DNA of 54,659 bases from Bacillota bacterium (GCA_963928475.1 CAWVFN010000065.1:1-54659), one strand, 5' to 3'; counted from the stretch's first letter, positions 1 to 16,322 are shown. The notes: generated by a model not told the origin, from the sequence alone. Program-made: numbers and translations.

Positions 1-833
1 CTCTCTGGGTTATGGAACTTGACCGCTGCACCACCAGGCTTTTAACCGCCCGGGAAACCGTGGCAGTGGGTATGATCTCCGGTGCTGTAGGCACCTTCGC
101 CAATATAGATCCAAAGGTGGAAGAAAAGGTTTGCGACCGTTTAGGTCTTAAGTCCGAGCCTGTTTCCACTCAGATCATCCAGCGTGACCGTCACGCTGAA
201 TTTGTCACGACTTTGGCTTTAGTCGGCGCTTCACTGGAAAAATTTGCCACTGAGATTAGAAATCTTCAGCGCACTGATATCTTAGAGGTTGAGGAATCCT
301 TTGAAAAGGGTCAAAAGGGTTCTTCGGCTATGCCTCATAAAAAGAATCCTATTACAGCGGAACGGGTAGCCGGATTGTCCAGAGTTTTGCGGGGTAACTC
401 TACCGCTTCCTTAGAGGATGTTGCTCTCTGGCATGAACGTGATATAACTCATTCCTCAGTAGAACGCATTATTATTCCCGATTCATGTTTGCTTCTCGAC
501 TATATGCTGCACCTGATGATTCGTATCATGGGTCATCTCGTGGTACACGAAGACAATATGCGTTCAAATCTTGACCGTACTTTAGGTTTGGTTTTCTCCC
601 AGAGGGTTATGCTTTCCCTTATCGATAAGGGTATGAGCAGAGAAATGGCTTATGAGTGGGTACAGCGCAACGCCCTTTACGCCTGGGAAAGCAAAACAGA
701 TTTTGAATATCTTGTATCAGCTGATAAAGATATCGCGGCCTATTTATCTAAGGATGAAATTGAGGAAATATTTGACTACAGTTATCATACTAAAAACGTG
801 GATTATATTTTCCATCGTGCCGGTTTGGACTGA
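1..833 (+). CDS. purB: adenylosuccinate lyase, C-terminal portion (5' end lies outside the window)
   Basis: The frame is open from the window edge to the stop at 831-833. It carries the fumarate-lyase signature GSSAMPHKKNP and lies directly upstream of purC/M/N/D. Confidence 0.9.
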   Translation, partial: LWVMELDRCTTRLLTARETVAVGMISGAVGTFANIDPKVEEKVCDRLGLKSEPVSTQIIQRDRHAEFVTTLALVGASLEKFATEIRNLQRTDILEVEESFEKGQKGSSAMPHKKNPITAERVAGLSRVLRGNSTASLEDVALWHERDITHSSVERIIIPDSCLLLDYMLHLMIRIMGHLVVHEDNMRSNLDRTLGLVFSQRVMLSLIDKGMSREMAYEWVQRNALYAWESKTDFEYLVSADKDIAAYLSKDEIEEIFDYSYHTKNVDYIFHRAGLD

Positions 834-891
834 TTTATTGTCTAACCGTAGTAGTATAAAATTTTATTGAATTGTATAGGAGGTCTTTTTT

Positions 892-1602
892 ATGATGGTA
901 AAAAAGATGGAAATGCTTTATGAAGGTAAAGCTAAAAAGATGTTTTTGACAGATGATCCTGATGTATTGTGGGTGGAGTATAAAGATGACGCGACGGCTT
1001 TTAACGGTGAGAAAAAAGGCACTATTATGGGAAAGGGACATCTGAACAATGAGATCTCCTCTATATTTTTCACCATGCTAAAAGAAAAGGGTGTGGACAA
1101 TCATTTTATTGAGAAAATTTCCGATACAGAACAGCTGGTGAAGAAAAGTGACATTATCATGCTGGAAGTAATTGTCCGGAATATTGCCGCTGGTTCCTTA
1201 GCCAAACGTTTGGGCTTGCCCGAGGGAACGAAACTAAAATCCACAGTGCTGGAATATTGTTATAAAGATGATGAGCTTGGCGATCCTATGATCAACGATT
1301 ATCATATTGCCGCTTTGGGTTTAGCCACTCCAGAGCAGTTAAAACAGATTTCCGAGACAGCCTTAAAGGTTAATGAAATATTAAAAGAGTATCTTTTAAA
1401 GAGAGATATCACTATTATTGATTTTAAGCTGGAATATGGTTTATTCCACGGTGAAGTTCTGTTGGCCGATGAAATATCCCCTGATACTTGCCGTTTCTGG
1501 GATGTAAATACCAATGAAAGATTGGACAAGGATCGTTTTAGACGTGATTTGGGTAATGTGGAAGACGCCTACAAAGAAATACTTAAGCGTTTGAGTGAAT
1601 AA
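892..1602 (+). CDS. purC: phosphoribosylaminoimidazole-succinocarboxamide (SAICAR) synthase
   Basis: 236 aa with an N-terminal LYEGKAKK motif and a typical SAICAR synthetase length. AGGAGG lies 8 nt upstream of ATG 892. Confidence 0.93.
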   Translation: MMVKKMEMLYEGKAKKMFLTDDPDVLWVEYKDDATAFNGEKKGTIMGKGHLNNEISSIFFTMLKEKGVDNHFIEKISDTEQLVKKSDIIMLEVIVRNIAAGSLAKRLGLPEGTKLKSTVLEYCYKDDELGDPMINDYHIAALGLATPEQLKQISETALKVNEILKEYLLKRDITIIDFKLEYGLFHGEVLLADEISPDTCRFWDVNTNERLDKDRFRRDLGNVEDAYKEILKRLSE

Positions 1603-1611
1603 GGAGTTGCC

Positions 1612-2637
1612 ATGGGTATAAGTTATAAAGATGCCGGTGTTGATATTGACAATGGTGCTAAAGCTGTAGAGCTCATGGGTGAACATGTAAAGTCGACTTT
1701 TCGTCCAGGTGTTCTTACTGATTTAGGCAGCTTTGGCGGTTTATTTCAGCTTGATGTAAAAAAATTCCCAGAGCCGGTATTGGTTTCCGGCACTGATGGG
1801 GTAGGTACCAAGCTGCAAATCGCTATGAAAATGGACAAGCATGACACTATTGGTATTGACGCAGTGGCAATGTGTGTAAATGATATTTTGGTACAGGGAG
1901 CGACACCTCTGTTTTTCCTTGACTATTTGGCTACTGGTAAATTGGAACCTGCGAAAGTGGCGGAAATCGTCAAGGGTGTTGCCGAGGGATGCCGGCAAAG
2001 CGAGGCTGCATTGATCGGTGGTGAAACAGCGGAAATGCCTGACTTTTACGGTGAGGATGAGTACGATATTGCCGGTTTTGCTGTGGGCGTTGTGAACAAG
2101 GATAAAATAATTGACGGTTCCCGTACCCAGTCTGGTGATGTAATGTTAGCTCTGCCATCAACGGGTGTCCATTCCAACGGCTTTTCTTTAGTGCGAAAAC
2201 TAGTTTTTGAGACGGCAGGCCTGACTGTTGATGATTATATTGATGAATTGGGCTGCACATTAGGGGAGGAGCTTCTTAAACCGACTAAAATTTACGTAAA
2301 AGATATTTTGCCTTTGCTGGAAAAATACGATATAAAAGGTATGTGTCATATAACAGGCGGTGGCCTGATTGAAAATCTGCCCAGGAGCATAAATAACAAT
2401 CTGAACGCTGTTATAGATGTTTACTGGCCGGTACCTCCTGTATTTAGTTTCCTTCAGAAGATAGGAGATGTTGACCCTGTGGAGATGCATCGCGTCTTTA
2501 ACATGGGATTAGGTTATATAGTAATTACCGATCAATATACGGCCTTTGAAATCCAGGAAAAATATCCCATGTTTATGCAGGTAGGATATTTGGAGCCCGG
2601 CAGTGGCAAAACTGAAATAATGGGAGTAAACGTATGA
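1612..2637 (+). CDS. purM: phosphoribosylformylglycinamidine cyclo-ligase (AIR synthetase)
   Basis: 341 aa with the GTDGVGTKL motif. It lies in pur gene context. Confidence 0.95.
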   Translation: MGISYKDAGVDIDNGAKAVELMGEHVKSTFRPGVLTDLGSFGGLFQLDVKKFPEPVLVSGTDGVGTKLQIAMKMDKHDTIGIDAVAMCVNDILVQGATPLFFLDYLATGKLEPAKVAEIVKGVAEGCRQSEAALIGGETAEMPDFYGEDEYDIAGFAVGVVNKDKIIDGSRTQSGDVMLALPSTGVHSNGFSLVRKLVFETAGLTVDDYIDELGCTLGEELLKPTKIYVKDILPLLEKYDIKGMCHITGGGLIENLPRSINNNLNAVIDVYWPVPPVFSFLQKIGDVDPVEMHRVFNMGLGYIVITDQYTAFEIQEKYPMFMQVGYLEPGSGKTEIMGVNV

Positions 2638-3191
2638 AGCGATTTGTAGTTTTGGCCTCTGGGCGAGGTTCAAACTTTGCCGCGATATTGAGGGAAATAC
2701 AGAAAGGAAATATTGACGGTGAGATAGTAGCTGTTATTTCCGATAATAAAGATGCTAAAGTTTTGACCATAGCGTCTGAGGCAGGAATAGCCACAGCCTC
2801 TGGAGATCCCCGCGCTGAAGGCTATAACCAATGGCTGCTGAAGGAGGTTAAGTCATATAGTCCCGACTATATTTTGTTAGCGGGTTATATGCGTATTGTG
2901 CCGCCGGAGTTTGTGGCGGCCTTCCCTAACAGAGTAATCAATATTCATCCTGCGCTTTTACCATCTTTCCCTGGTCTGCACGGTCAGCGTCAGGCTGTGG
3001 AGTATGGTGTTAAAATATCCGGCTGTACCGTACATTATGTAGATGAGGGTATGGATACCGGTAAAATTATAGCTCAGAAGGCCGTGGAAGTGTTGCCGGA
3101 TGACACTGAGGATACTTTAGCGGCACGTATTTTAAAAGAGGAGCATAAACTTTATCCTGCCGTAGTAAAGATGCTGGCGGAAAAGGATTGA
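2634..3191 (+). CDS. purN: phosphoribosylglycinamide formyltransferase
   Basis: 185 aa with the INIHPALLPSFPG motif. It overlaps the purM stop by 4 nt. Confidence 0.93.
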   Translation: MKRFVVLASGRGSNFAAILREIQKGNIDGEIVAVISDNKDAKVLTIASEAGIATASGDPRAEGYNQWLLKEVKSYSPDYILLAGYMRIVPPEFVAAFPNRVINIHPALLPSFPGLHGQRQAVEYGVKISGCTVHYVDEGMDTGKIIAQKAVEVLPDDTEDTLAARILKEEHKLYPAVVKMLAEKD

Positions 3192-3248
3192 GTGATGATA
3201 TTACCCGGGGAAACCCAGATGAGATGTTAGATGACAGAGGTAAAAGCT

Positions 3249-4525
3249 ATGAAAGTAATGGTTATAGGCGGCGGCGGCAGAGAACACGCCATAGCCGCTA
3301 AAATAAATGAGAGTCCCCGTTTAACTAAATTGTATGCCGCTCCCGGCAGTGACGGTATGAGTGATATAGCTGAGGCTGTGCCTCTTAAAGTCACCGATGT
3401 AGAAGCTATAGTTAGCTTTGTGGAAAAAGAGAAGATTGAGATGGTTCTTATTGGTCCCGAGGTACCCCTGCTGTTGGGTTTAGCTGATGACTTATTGGCT
3501 AAAGGTGTGATGGTTTTAGGACCTGCCAAAGCCGCAGCGGAATTAGAGGGCAGCAAGGCTTTTTCCAAAGGTATAATGAAGAAGTATGGTATTCCCACCG
3601 GTGATTATCAGGTATTTAGCGACAGCACTGAGGCATTAGCCTATTTAGCCGCGGCGGATTATCCTATTGTTATTAAGGCTGATGGTTTAGCTGCCGGCAA
3701 AGGTGTGATTATCGCTGGAAACAGAGAACAGGGAGAAACTGCTGTAAAAACCATAATGGAAGATAAAATATTTGGCGACAGCGGCAGTTGTGTAGTTATT
3801 GAGGAGTTCCTGGAAGGCGAGGAATTAAGTTTATTAGCCTTTACAGATGGCAAAACAGTAATTCCTATGATACCTTCACAGGATCATAAACGTATATTTG
3901 ATAACGATATGGGACCGAATACAGGTGGCATGGGGGCATATGCTCCGGCGCCTATTGGTTCACCTGAGATAATAGAGGAGGCCATGGAAAAGGTTATGAA
4001 ACCACTGGTAGCGGCCATGGCCAAAGAGGGTAAGCCCTATAGAGGCGTTTTATATGCTGGTCTGATGGTTGGTCCTAAGGGTCTGAAGGTGCTTGAGTTT
4101 AATGCCAGGTTCGGTGATCCGGAAACCCAGGCTGTGCTCCCGCTTTTAGACAGTGATCTTATTACTATTACTGAGGCCATCAACAAGGGAGCGTTAGATT
4201 CAGTAGTAGTAAATTGGAAGGAAAAATACGCGGCCTGTGTTGTCATGGCGGCAGAGGGCTATCCTGAAAGTCCTGTAAAGGGTGATGAAATAACAGGTTT
4301 AGGTGAAAACAGTGAAGAAAGCTTTATTTTTCACGCTGGTACCAAAAAGGATAAAGACAAGTTTTACACTAATGGCGGCAGAGTATTGGGGGTAACAGCT
4401 ATTGCTTCTAATTTGCGTGACGCCGTTGATAATGCTTATGCCCGAGTAAAAACTATAGATTTTCGCGGAATGCAGTATAGAAAGGACATTGGCGCCAAGG
4501 CTTTTGCCGGTGATAAGGAGCGAAA

Positions 4526-4529
<4 letters not shown>
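3249..4529 (+). CDS. purD: phosphoribosylamine-glycine ligase (GAR synthetase)
   Basis: ATP-grasp protein beginning MKVMVIGGGGREHA. I placed the start at ATG 3249 (GAGG 8 nt upstream); the ORF track's first ATG is 3231. Confidence 0.92.
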
Positions 4530-8677
<4,148 letters not shown>

Positions 8678-8678
<1 letters not shown>

Positions 8679-11600
8679 TGGGAAACAATATAAGACGGGT
8701 AATTGTTGAAAAAAAGCCTGGTTTCAATGTGGAAGCCAATCATATTTTAAGAGATATCCAGTATATCCTTGGCTGTAAAGAAGTAGAAACTTTGCGTATC
8801 TTTAATGTCTATGATGTTGAGGGTTTATCCCAGGAGGAACTGGCTCAAGGCAAGAAACTGGTATTTTCAGAACCGCCGGTAGATAATTGTTACGATGAGG
8901 AATTGCCGCTGCGTTCTGACGAGAAGGGCTTTGCCTTTATGTATTTGCCTGGCCAATATGATCAGCGAGCTGATTCAGCGGCTCAGTGTTTAGAGATCAT
9001 CACAGGTCATAAAACCGAGGCCTTGCGTTGTTGCCGAGTTTGGGCTTTATCTGGTAATATTTCTGAGGAGCATTGGTCAAAGATCAAAAATTACGCTATA
9101 AATCCTGTTGACTCTACGGAGATTCCCCTGACAAAGCCAGAATCCATTCAGGATATTTTGCCTCAGCCCCAGCCTGTGGCTATTTTGACGGGTTTTACCA
9201 CTATGGATGATAATGCCCTGAAAGAGCTATATGATAGTTTGTCACTAGCCATGTCGGTAGAGGATTTCTTCTTTACCCGGGATTATTTTTTGGAAGCTCA
9301 GAGGGATCCGACTTTGACAGAAATCAAGGTTTTAGATACCTACTGGAGTGATCATTGCCGTCATACCACCTTTATGACCGTTATAGATGAGGCCAAATTC
9401 CGTCCGGGATTTTTCATGTCCCCTATCAGCGAGGCATGGGACGAGTATAATGAAGTTCGTGATACCGTTTATGGCGATAGGGAAAAACCGCCCTGTCTCA
9501 TGGATTTGGCTACTATAGCCATGAAGGAGATGAGAAAGAACGGTACTTTAGATGATTTAGATGAAAGTGATGAAATAAACGCTTGTACTATCAAGATAAA
9601 AGTTAAAGTTGACGGCAAAGATGAGGACTGGCTGTTGCTTTTCAAAAATGAGACCCACAATCATCCCACGGAAATAGAACCTTTTGGCGGTGCTGCCACC
9701 TGCTTAGGCGGCGCTATTCGTGATCCCCTTTCAGGACGGGCCTATGTATATCAGGCTATGCGGGTAACTGGAGCCGGTGATCCCCGTTGTTCTGTGGAAA
9801 TGACCCTCCCTGGTAAGCTGCCTCAGCGGAAAATCTGCAAGGAAGCGGCGGCGGGTTACAGTTCTTATGGTAATCAGATAGGCTTATCCACCGGTAAGGT
9901 AGTAGAAGTTTATGATGATGCTTTTATTGCCAAACGTATGGAGATTGGTGCTGTCATAGGTGCCGTACCCCAGGCAGACGTGCGGCGGGAGGAACCCAAG
10001 AAGGGCGATGTTGTCTTGTTATTAGGCGGCCGTACAGGAAGAGACGGGTTAGGCGGTGCCACTGGTTCTTCCAAGGAGCATACCGAGGAAAGTATAGAAC
10101 AGTGCGGCGCGGAAGTGCAAAAGGGTAATCCGCCGACGGAACGGAAAATACAGCGTCTTTTCCGGGATGGCGAGGTTACCGCCATGATAAAACGCTGTAA
10201 CGATTTCGGCGCCGGCGGTGTTTCCGTGGCTGTAGGGGAATTGACTGATAGTTTAAGTATTGATTTAGATAAGGTACCCTTAAAATATCAGGGTTTAGAC
10301 GGTACGGAAGTAGCGATTTCCGAATCTCAGGAACGTATGGCTGTGGTAGTGGCAGCTGATGATATGGCTAAATTCATTGCCAAGGCGCAAAAGGAAAATC
10401 TGGAATGCGTTAAAATAGCCGAAGTTACTGATACTTATCGTTTAGAGATGACCTTTAAAGGTCAAAAAGTAGTTGATTTAGACAGAGCCTTTTTGAACAG
10501 CGGTGGTGTGCGTCAGCATATCTCTATTGATGTTTTGCCGCCGGAACCGGAAAATCCCATTACCGCTCTGGGTAAATTGCGGGTGCGAGACAGTCTGGAA
10601 GAAGCATTAGTTTTTATGGCGGTAGACAATAATATCGCTTCGCAAAAGGGTTTAGGGGAGATGTTTGACGGCACTATCGGCGCTGGTTCTGTTTTAATGC
10701 CCTTTGGTGGTAAAAATCAGCTCACTCCTGCTGAAGGTATGGCCGCCCATCTTCCTGTCTTGGACGGTAAGACCACTACAACTTCTTTAATGGCCCACGG
10801 TTATAATCCGAAATTTGCCCATTGGAGTCCTTTCCACGGTGGTATGTATGCTATTTTAGAAAGCGTAACACGTCTTGTGGCCATGGGTGGCGATTATAAA
10901 ACCTCCCGTTTGACATTGCAGGAATATTTTGAAAAGGTGAAAAAGGATCCTCTGCGCTGGGGAAAACCCTTAGCTGCTCTTTTAGGTGCTTTTAAGGCAC
11001 AGCGTGGTCTTGGTATACCAGCTATAGGCGGTAAAGACAGTATGTCAGGTTCCTTTAAGGATATCAATGTGCCTCCTACCCTGGTTGCTTTTGCCGTAGG
11101 GGTAACAGAAGAGGATAAGGTTCTTAGTCCTGAGTTTAAAGCACCAGGTCATAAACTTATCTTATTGCGTTCTCAGCGAGACGCTAATTTAGTGCCTGAC
11201 TTTGCTTATCAGAAGAAAATATATGAAGCCGTTGCTGCCTGGAACCGGGATGGTAAAATATCAGCAGCCATCAGCCTCAAGGAAGGCGGGGTAGGTGAGG
11301 CGCTTATTCATGCTGTTTTAGGTAACGCTATCGGTGCGGCCTTAAAGGATATGCCAATGGAAGAGCTTTTAAGGCCATCCTACGGCAGTATACTATTGGA
11401 AGTAACAGATCTTCCAGATGCTTCACTTTGTGAATATGAAGTTATCGGTGAAACAATTGCCGAGCGGAGTATCAATTATAAAACTGAGAAAATACCCTTG
11501 ATGTCTTTGGTAGAGGCATATTTATCGGCTATGGCTGATATTTATCCACCCTTCTTGGTGGAACCAGAAGGTGATGTTCTTTGTCCGCTTTATCGTGACA

Positions 11601-12424
11601 CATTGCATATAGCGAATCCCCAGAAGGGGAAACCGAAAGTTCTGATCCCTGTTTTCCCTGGTACAAACTGTGAGTATGATACGGCAGGTGCCTTTAATGA
11701 GGCTGGAGGTGAAAGCCGTATTTTAGTTGTACGTAATCAGACGCCGGCAGAGTTGAGGGACTCCATTGAGGAACTGGCCGCGGCTTTAAAGGAAAGTCAT
11801 ATATTAATGCTGCCTGGCGGTTTTTCCGCCGGGGACGAACCGGAAGGAGCGGGTAAATTTATAACAGCTGTGTTCCGTGATCCTCTTTTACAGGAAGCGG
11901 TAGCCTCCCATTTGGAAAAGAAAAATCTGATTTTAGGTATATGCAATGGCTTTCAGGCTCTGGTTAAATTGGGACTTTTACCTTATGGCGAGATCCGGGA
12001 GTTGAAGGATAACGATCCAACTCTTACCTTTAACAATATTGGTCGTCACATTTCCACTATTGTGAGGACAAAGGTTATTTCTAAGCTTTCTCCCTGGTTG
12101 GCTCAGGCGGAAATTGGGGCTGTTTATAATGTGGCCATCTCTCACGGCGAGGGGAGGTTTGTAGCTACTCCGGGGCAGCTCAGTGATATGATAGTAAAGG
12201 GTCAAATAGCCAGTCAGTATGTTAATCCCGCTGGCAGAGCCACAATGGTACCGCCGGATAATCCCAATGGTTCTGTTATGGCCATTGAAGGCATTACTTC
12301 CGAAGACGGTCTTGTCTTTGGTAAAATGGGACATTCTGAACGCTATAGAGAAGGCTTATATAAGAATGTTCCTGGTGATTATGATCAAAAAATATTTGTT
12401 TCTGGTATTAGTTATTTTAAGTAA
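8678..12424 (+). CDS. purL: phosphoribosylformylglycinamidine synthase, single-chain large form (synthetase plus C-terminal glutaminase)
   Basis: 1248 aa. FGAM synthetase repeats are followed by a class I amidotransferase domain (GICNGFQ ... SHGEGRF). Confidence 0.93.
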
Positions 12425-12460
12425 GGTTTAAGGTGTTAAGTCTTAGTTTGAGGAGGAGAG

Positions 12461-14719
12461 ATGAATACTATATCGGATAATGCCATCACGGTGCTGGAAC
12501 GGCGCTATTTACATCGTGATGAGAATAATGAGATAGATGAAACTGTAGAGGAGTTATTTCACCGCGTAGCTGGTTTTATTGCCAGCGCGGAAAAGGATTA
12601 CGGCTGGAGTGATGAGGAAGTCGCTGTCTTGGAGGATAAATTTTTCAAGATAATGACAGATTTAGATTTTTTGCCTAATTCACCGACTTTAATGAATGCT
12701 GGTTTGCCTTTAGGCCAATTATCGGCTTGTTTTGTTTTGCCGGTGGAAGACTCCATGGAAAAAATCTTTGAAACGGTAAAAAATACCGCCTTGATTCACA
12801 AGAGCGGCGGCGGTACTGGTTTTAGTTTTTCCCGTTTGCGTTCCCGGGGAGCTACAGTTCAGTCTACAGGCGGTGTGGCTTCTGGACCCATAAGCTTTAT
12901 GAAGGTATTTAATGCTGCTACAGAAGCGGTAAAGCAGGGCGGTAAGCGCCGTGGCGCCAATATGGGTATTTTACGGGTCGACCATCCAGATATCATAAGA
13001 TTCATCAGAGCTAAGGAAGATAATAGCGAGCTTACTAATTTTAATCTTAGCGTTTGGCTTACTGACGCCTTCATGCTGGCTCTGGAAAGTGATAGTGATT
13101 ATCCTTTGATAGAGCCAGCTACCGGCAAGATAGTAAATACTTTAAACGCCAGAAAAGTATTTGATTTGATCGTGGAAAAAGCTTGGCTTAACGGTGAGCC
13201 TGGTGTAATATTTATGGATCAGGTCAATAAAAAGAATCCTGTACCTCACATAGGCTCAGTGGAGAGCACCAATCCCTGCGGGGAACAGCCTTTATTACCC
13301 TATGAAAGTTGTAATTTAGGCTCAATAAACCTTATAAATTTTTATGAGGAGGGACTTAAGGGTCTTAATTTTCAGCGTTTAGGTGAGATAGTAGATTTAA
13401 GTGTTCAGTTTTTAGATAATGTAATAGATAAAAATCTTTATCCTATTCCGGAAATTGAGGAAATGACACGTTCTACCAGAAAAATTGGTTTGGGAATCAT
13501 GGGATTCGCGGATGTTCTTTGTCGTATGGGGATTCCTTATAATTCTTCTGGGGCGGTAGATTTAGCGGAAAAAATCATGTCCTTTATTGATGAACGTTCC
13601 AAGAAGATGAGTATGTCTTTAGCGGAGAGAAAGGGAACTTTCCCGGCTTATGAAGGCAGTGTCTGGGAAAAGAAAAATATGCCCTTAAGAAACGCTACTA
13701 CAACTACGATAGCCCCTACCGGTACTATAAGTATGATTGCTGGTTGTTCTTCTGGTATAGAGCCGCTCTTTGGCATAGCTTATTACAAACTCTGTATGGA
13801 CGGGGACAAACTTATGGAAGTTCATCCCTATTTTAGACAGTTAGCCCAGGAGCGCGGTTTTGATAAAGACGAGGTAATGCGTAAAGTTATAGATCTGGGA
13901 AGCATCGCTGCAATAGAAGATATCCCCGATGATATTAAGCGTGTATTTGTCACCACCAGGGATATAGAGCCTGAGTGGCATATAAAGATTCAAAGCGCTT
14001 TCCAAAAGTATACTGATAATGCTGTAAGCAAAACCATCAATTTCCCCTTTAACGCTACTAAGGATGATATTGCTAAAGCGTATCTTATGGCTTATGAGGA
14101 AGGATGTAAGGGTATTACCGTGTACCGTGATGGTTCCAGGGATGAACAGGTTTTAAATGTTGGTTCTGGAGATAAACAGGAGATCCAGGAGGAAAGTGAT
14201 GGTATAGCTCCTCGCCAGAGACCTGGAATTACCCAGGGTATGACAGAAAAAGCAATTGCTGGTTGTGGTAATCTTTATATTACCGTAAACTATGATGAGC
14301 ATGGTATCTGTGAGGTATTTACTAATTTAGGTAAGGGCGGAGGCTGTCCCTCTCAGACAGAGGCAACCAGCAGACTTGTTTCCTTGGCCATGCGTTCCGG
14401 TATTGCTCCTTCCGCTGTCATAGAGCAGTTAAAGGGCATACGTTGTCCTTCTACTTTAGCTCGTCGGGCCAAAGGTGCCGATGTAAGAGCCCTTTCCTGT
14501 CCCGATGCTATAGCTAAAACCTTAGAACGAGTTTTGAATATAGCGCCTATAAACGGCAATGATAAACATGGTTTAAATTTAGATAATATTGCTGAGGAAA
14601 TAGAGATGAGGAGCGCCGTTAAAGAGAAACCGGCCAGATGTCCCGAATGCGGCGGTGCTTTGGAACATGAAGGGGGCTGTGTTCTCTGTCATACCTGCGG
14701 TTATTCTAAATGTGGTTAA
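12461..14719 (+). CDS. nrdJ: adenosylcobalamin-dependent (class II) ribonucleoside-triphosphate/diphosphate reductase
   Basis: 752 aa with the active-site loop TNPCGEQPL. No separate beta subunit gene is present. The C terminus is a zinc ribbon (CPECGG...CVLCHTCG). Confidence 0.88.
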   Translation: MNTISDNAITVLERRYLHRDENNEIDETVEELFHRVAGFIASAEKDYGWSDEEVAVLEDKFFKIMTDLDFLPNSPTLMNAGLPLGQLSACFVLPVEDSMEKIFETVKNTALIHKSGGGTGFSFSRLRSRGATVQSTGGVASGPISFMKVFNAATEAVKQGGKRRGANMGILRVDHPDIIRFIRAKEDNSELTNFNLSVWLTDAFMLALESDSDYPLIEPATGKIVNTLNARKVFDLIVEKAWLNGEPGVIFMDQVNKKNPVPHIGSVESTNPCGEQPLLPYESCNLGSINLINFYEEGLKGLNFQRLGEIVDLSVQFLDNVIDKNLYPIPEIEEMTRSTRKIGLGIMGFADVLCRMGIPYNSSGAVDLAEKIMSFIDERSKKMSMSLAERKGTFPAYEGSVWEKKNMPLRNATTTTIAPTGTISMIAGCSSGIEPLFGIAYYKLCMDGDKLMEVHPYFRQLAQERGFDKDEVMRKVIDLGSIAAIEDIPDDIKRVFVTTRDIEPEWHIKIQSAFQKYTDNAVSKTINFPFNATKDDIAKAYLMAYEEGCKGITVYRDGSRDEQVLNVGSGDKQEIQEESDGIAPRQRPGITQGMTEKAIAGCGNLYITVNYDEHGICEVFTNLGKGGGCPSQTEATSRLVSLAMRSGIAPSAVIEQLKGIRCPSTLARRAKGADVRALSCPDAIAKTLERVLNIAPINGNDKHGLNLDNIAEEIEMRSAVKEKPARCPECGGALEHEGGCVLCHTCGYSKCG

Positions 14720-14724
14720 GTTAA

Positions 14725-14766
14725 GAAAAAAGAGCCATAAGGTAAAAAACCTTATGGCTCTTTTTC
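14725..14766. terminator. bidirectional intrinsic terminator between nrdJ and the aminotransferase
   Basis: Perfect hairpin AAAAAGAGCCATAAGG / CCTTATGGCTCTTTTT with a 7-nt loop. It has an A-run on one side and a T-run on the other. Confidence 0.85.
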
Positions 14767-14771
14767 TTATT

Positions 14772-15917
14772 TTATTCTAAAGTTTTTAAATATCGCTCCA
14801 ATCTATTAAGACCTTCCTTTATATTAGCCAGGGAATTAGCATAGGAAATACGGAGATACCCCTGGGCATTGGAACCGAAATCTATTCCTGGCGTTAGGGC
14901 CACCTTAGCGTGGCGTAAAACATCCAAAGCAAAATTGTAGGAGTCGTTAGTATATTTTTTCACATTGGCCAACATATAAAAAGCACCCTGAGGCGTACAA
15001 AGTGGAGCAATGCCCATTTCTTCTAAGCGCTGTGCCAGAAATAGCCGACGTTCATTGTAGGTTTTTTTCATATATTCCAGTTCCGCTTCACAGTCCTCAG
15101 TTAGAGCGGCGATAGCTCCTTCCTGCGCAAAGGAGCCGGCACAGAGATAGAAGTTTTGCTGCAGACGCTGAAAGGTGCGCGCCATTGAAGGCGGTACGAT
15201 AGCATAACCTAAGCGAAAACCTGTCATGGCGAAAAGCTTGGAAAAACCGTTAAGAACAATGGTGTTATCGGTATATTCCAGCATACTATGACATTCCCCC
15301 TCATATACCAGGCCATGATATATCTCGTCGGAGATCACGGTTTTACCTAAAGCGGCAATGGACGCTAATTCTTCTCCAGTGTATACAGCTCCTGTGGGGT
15401 TAGCCGAAGAATTGACAAATATAGCCTTTGTTTTAGGGGTAATTGCTTTTTTCAGAGTTTCCATATTATATTTAAAACCGTCTGCTTCTTCCACGTTAAT
15501 ATCCTTTACAACGCCTCTAAATATTTTGACAAAATTAGGGTAGCAGGCGTAATGGGGATTAGGCATTATAACTTCGTCACCGTCATTTAAAAGCGCCGCC
15601 AAAGCCATAACCATTGCCGGTGAAGTACCGGAGGTCACTACGATCCTATCCTTGTCTATTGTAACGCCATAATTATTATAATAGTATTGACTGATGGCTT
15701 CACGCAGGGTAATTTTCCCCAGACTGTGGGTATAGTGAGTGTCATCCTGGTTCAGAGCCTTTATGGTTGCTTCCTTTACTTTTTGGGGGGCGTTAAAATC
15801 TGGTTCGCCGATTTCTAAATGTATAATATTTTCTCCCGCCGCTTCCATTTCTTTGGCTTTATCTTGAATATCCATAACTATAAAGGAACGAACTTCCTGG
15901 GCGTAATCGCTTATCAT
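14772..15917 (-). CDS. class I/II pyridoxal-phosphate-dependent aminotransferase (aspartate/aromatic-like)
   Basis: 381 aa with NPTG and SKLFAMTGFRLGY (PLP lysine) motifs. GGAG RBS lies 9 nt upstream of the ATG. Confidence 0.85.
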   Translation of the reverse strand: MISDYAQEVRSFIVMDIQDKAKEMEAAGENIIHLEIGEPDFNAPQKVKEATIKALNQDDTHYTHSLGKITLREAISQYYYNNYGVTIDKDRIVVTSGTSPAMVMALAALLNDGDEVIMPNPHYACYPNFVKIFRGVVKDINVEEADGFKYNMETLKKAITPKTKAIFVNSSANPTGAVYTGEELASIAALGKTVISDEIYHGLVYEGECHSMLEYTDNTIVLNGFSKLFAMTGFRLGYAIVPPSMARTFQRLQQNFYLCAGSFAQEGAIAALTEDCEAELEYMKKTYNERRLFLAQRLEEMGIAPLCTPQGAFYMLANVKKYTNDSYNFALDVLRHAKVALTPGIDFGSNAQGYLRISYANSLANIKEGLNRLERYLKTLE

Positions 15918-16099
15918 AACACATATCTCCTAAGTTTCTATATTCTTAGTTATTTTATCTTATTTCTTCTTAATAGGCAAGTTTGTTTTTCTTTCCTCTT
16001 ACTAAAATTAAGCTGATATATTCTGGGGAAATGCAACGGGAATTATTAGCTTATTATTTATTTGTTGTAATGATTTCCATTTTAACAGTCACCTTTTCT

Positions 16100-16192
16100 A
16101 AAAAGAAATAACCGCCTATAGCCGGCGGCATCTCCTCAAAAAATCAATTAAATTTGCGAGAGTGACCGCCCCAAGCGGGTTAGCCGCTTCTC
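16100..16192 (-). promoter_or_regulatory. candidate transcription attenuator (chain of mutually exclusive hairpins ending in a terminator) upstream of the aminotransferase
   Basis: Read on the minus strand. AAGCGG (16189-16184) pairs with CCGCTT (16178-16173). CCGC (16178-16175) can alternatively pair with GCGG (16169-16166). GGCGG (16170-16166) can alternatively pair with CCGCC (16128-16124). GCCGCC (16129-16124) pairs with GGCGGT (16116-16111), followed by TATTTCTTTTT. Confidence 0.35.
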
Positions 16193-16292
16193 TTAAATAC
16201 AATATGCCATATAGAAAATGAGGTGTCAATGTCAATTAAAGAAGTTAGACAGGCAAGGGGATTAAGATAATCACAGGCAGCAAAATCTTTTG

Positions 16293-16322
16293 AAAGGCCC
16301 ATTAAAATCCTTTAACAATGGG
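16293..16322 (-). ncRNA. candidate H-type pseudoknot within the structured non-coding region
   Basis: Read on the minus strand. Stem 1 is CCCATT (16322-16317) with AATGGG (16303-16298). The loop bases AAAGG (16313-16309) are complementary to CCTTT (16297-16293), which directly abuts stem 1. Confidence 0.3.

Noticed and set aside
12219-12431. 70-aa plus-strand ORF overlapping the 3' end of purL
   Set aside because: It is an out-of-frame overlap with a conserved GATase domain and has no independent support.
15819-16016. 65-aa plus-strand ORF overlapping the aminotransferase start
   Set aside because: It is antisense to the 5' end and promoter of a well-supported gene. It is AT-rich and Phe/Leu/Ile-rich and has no RBS.
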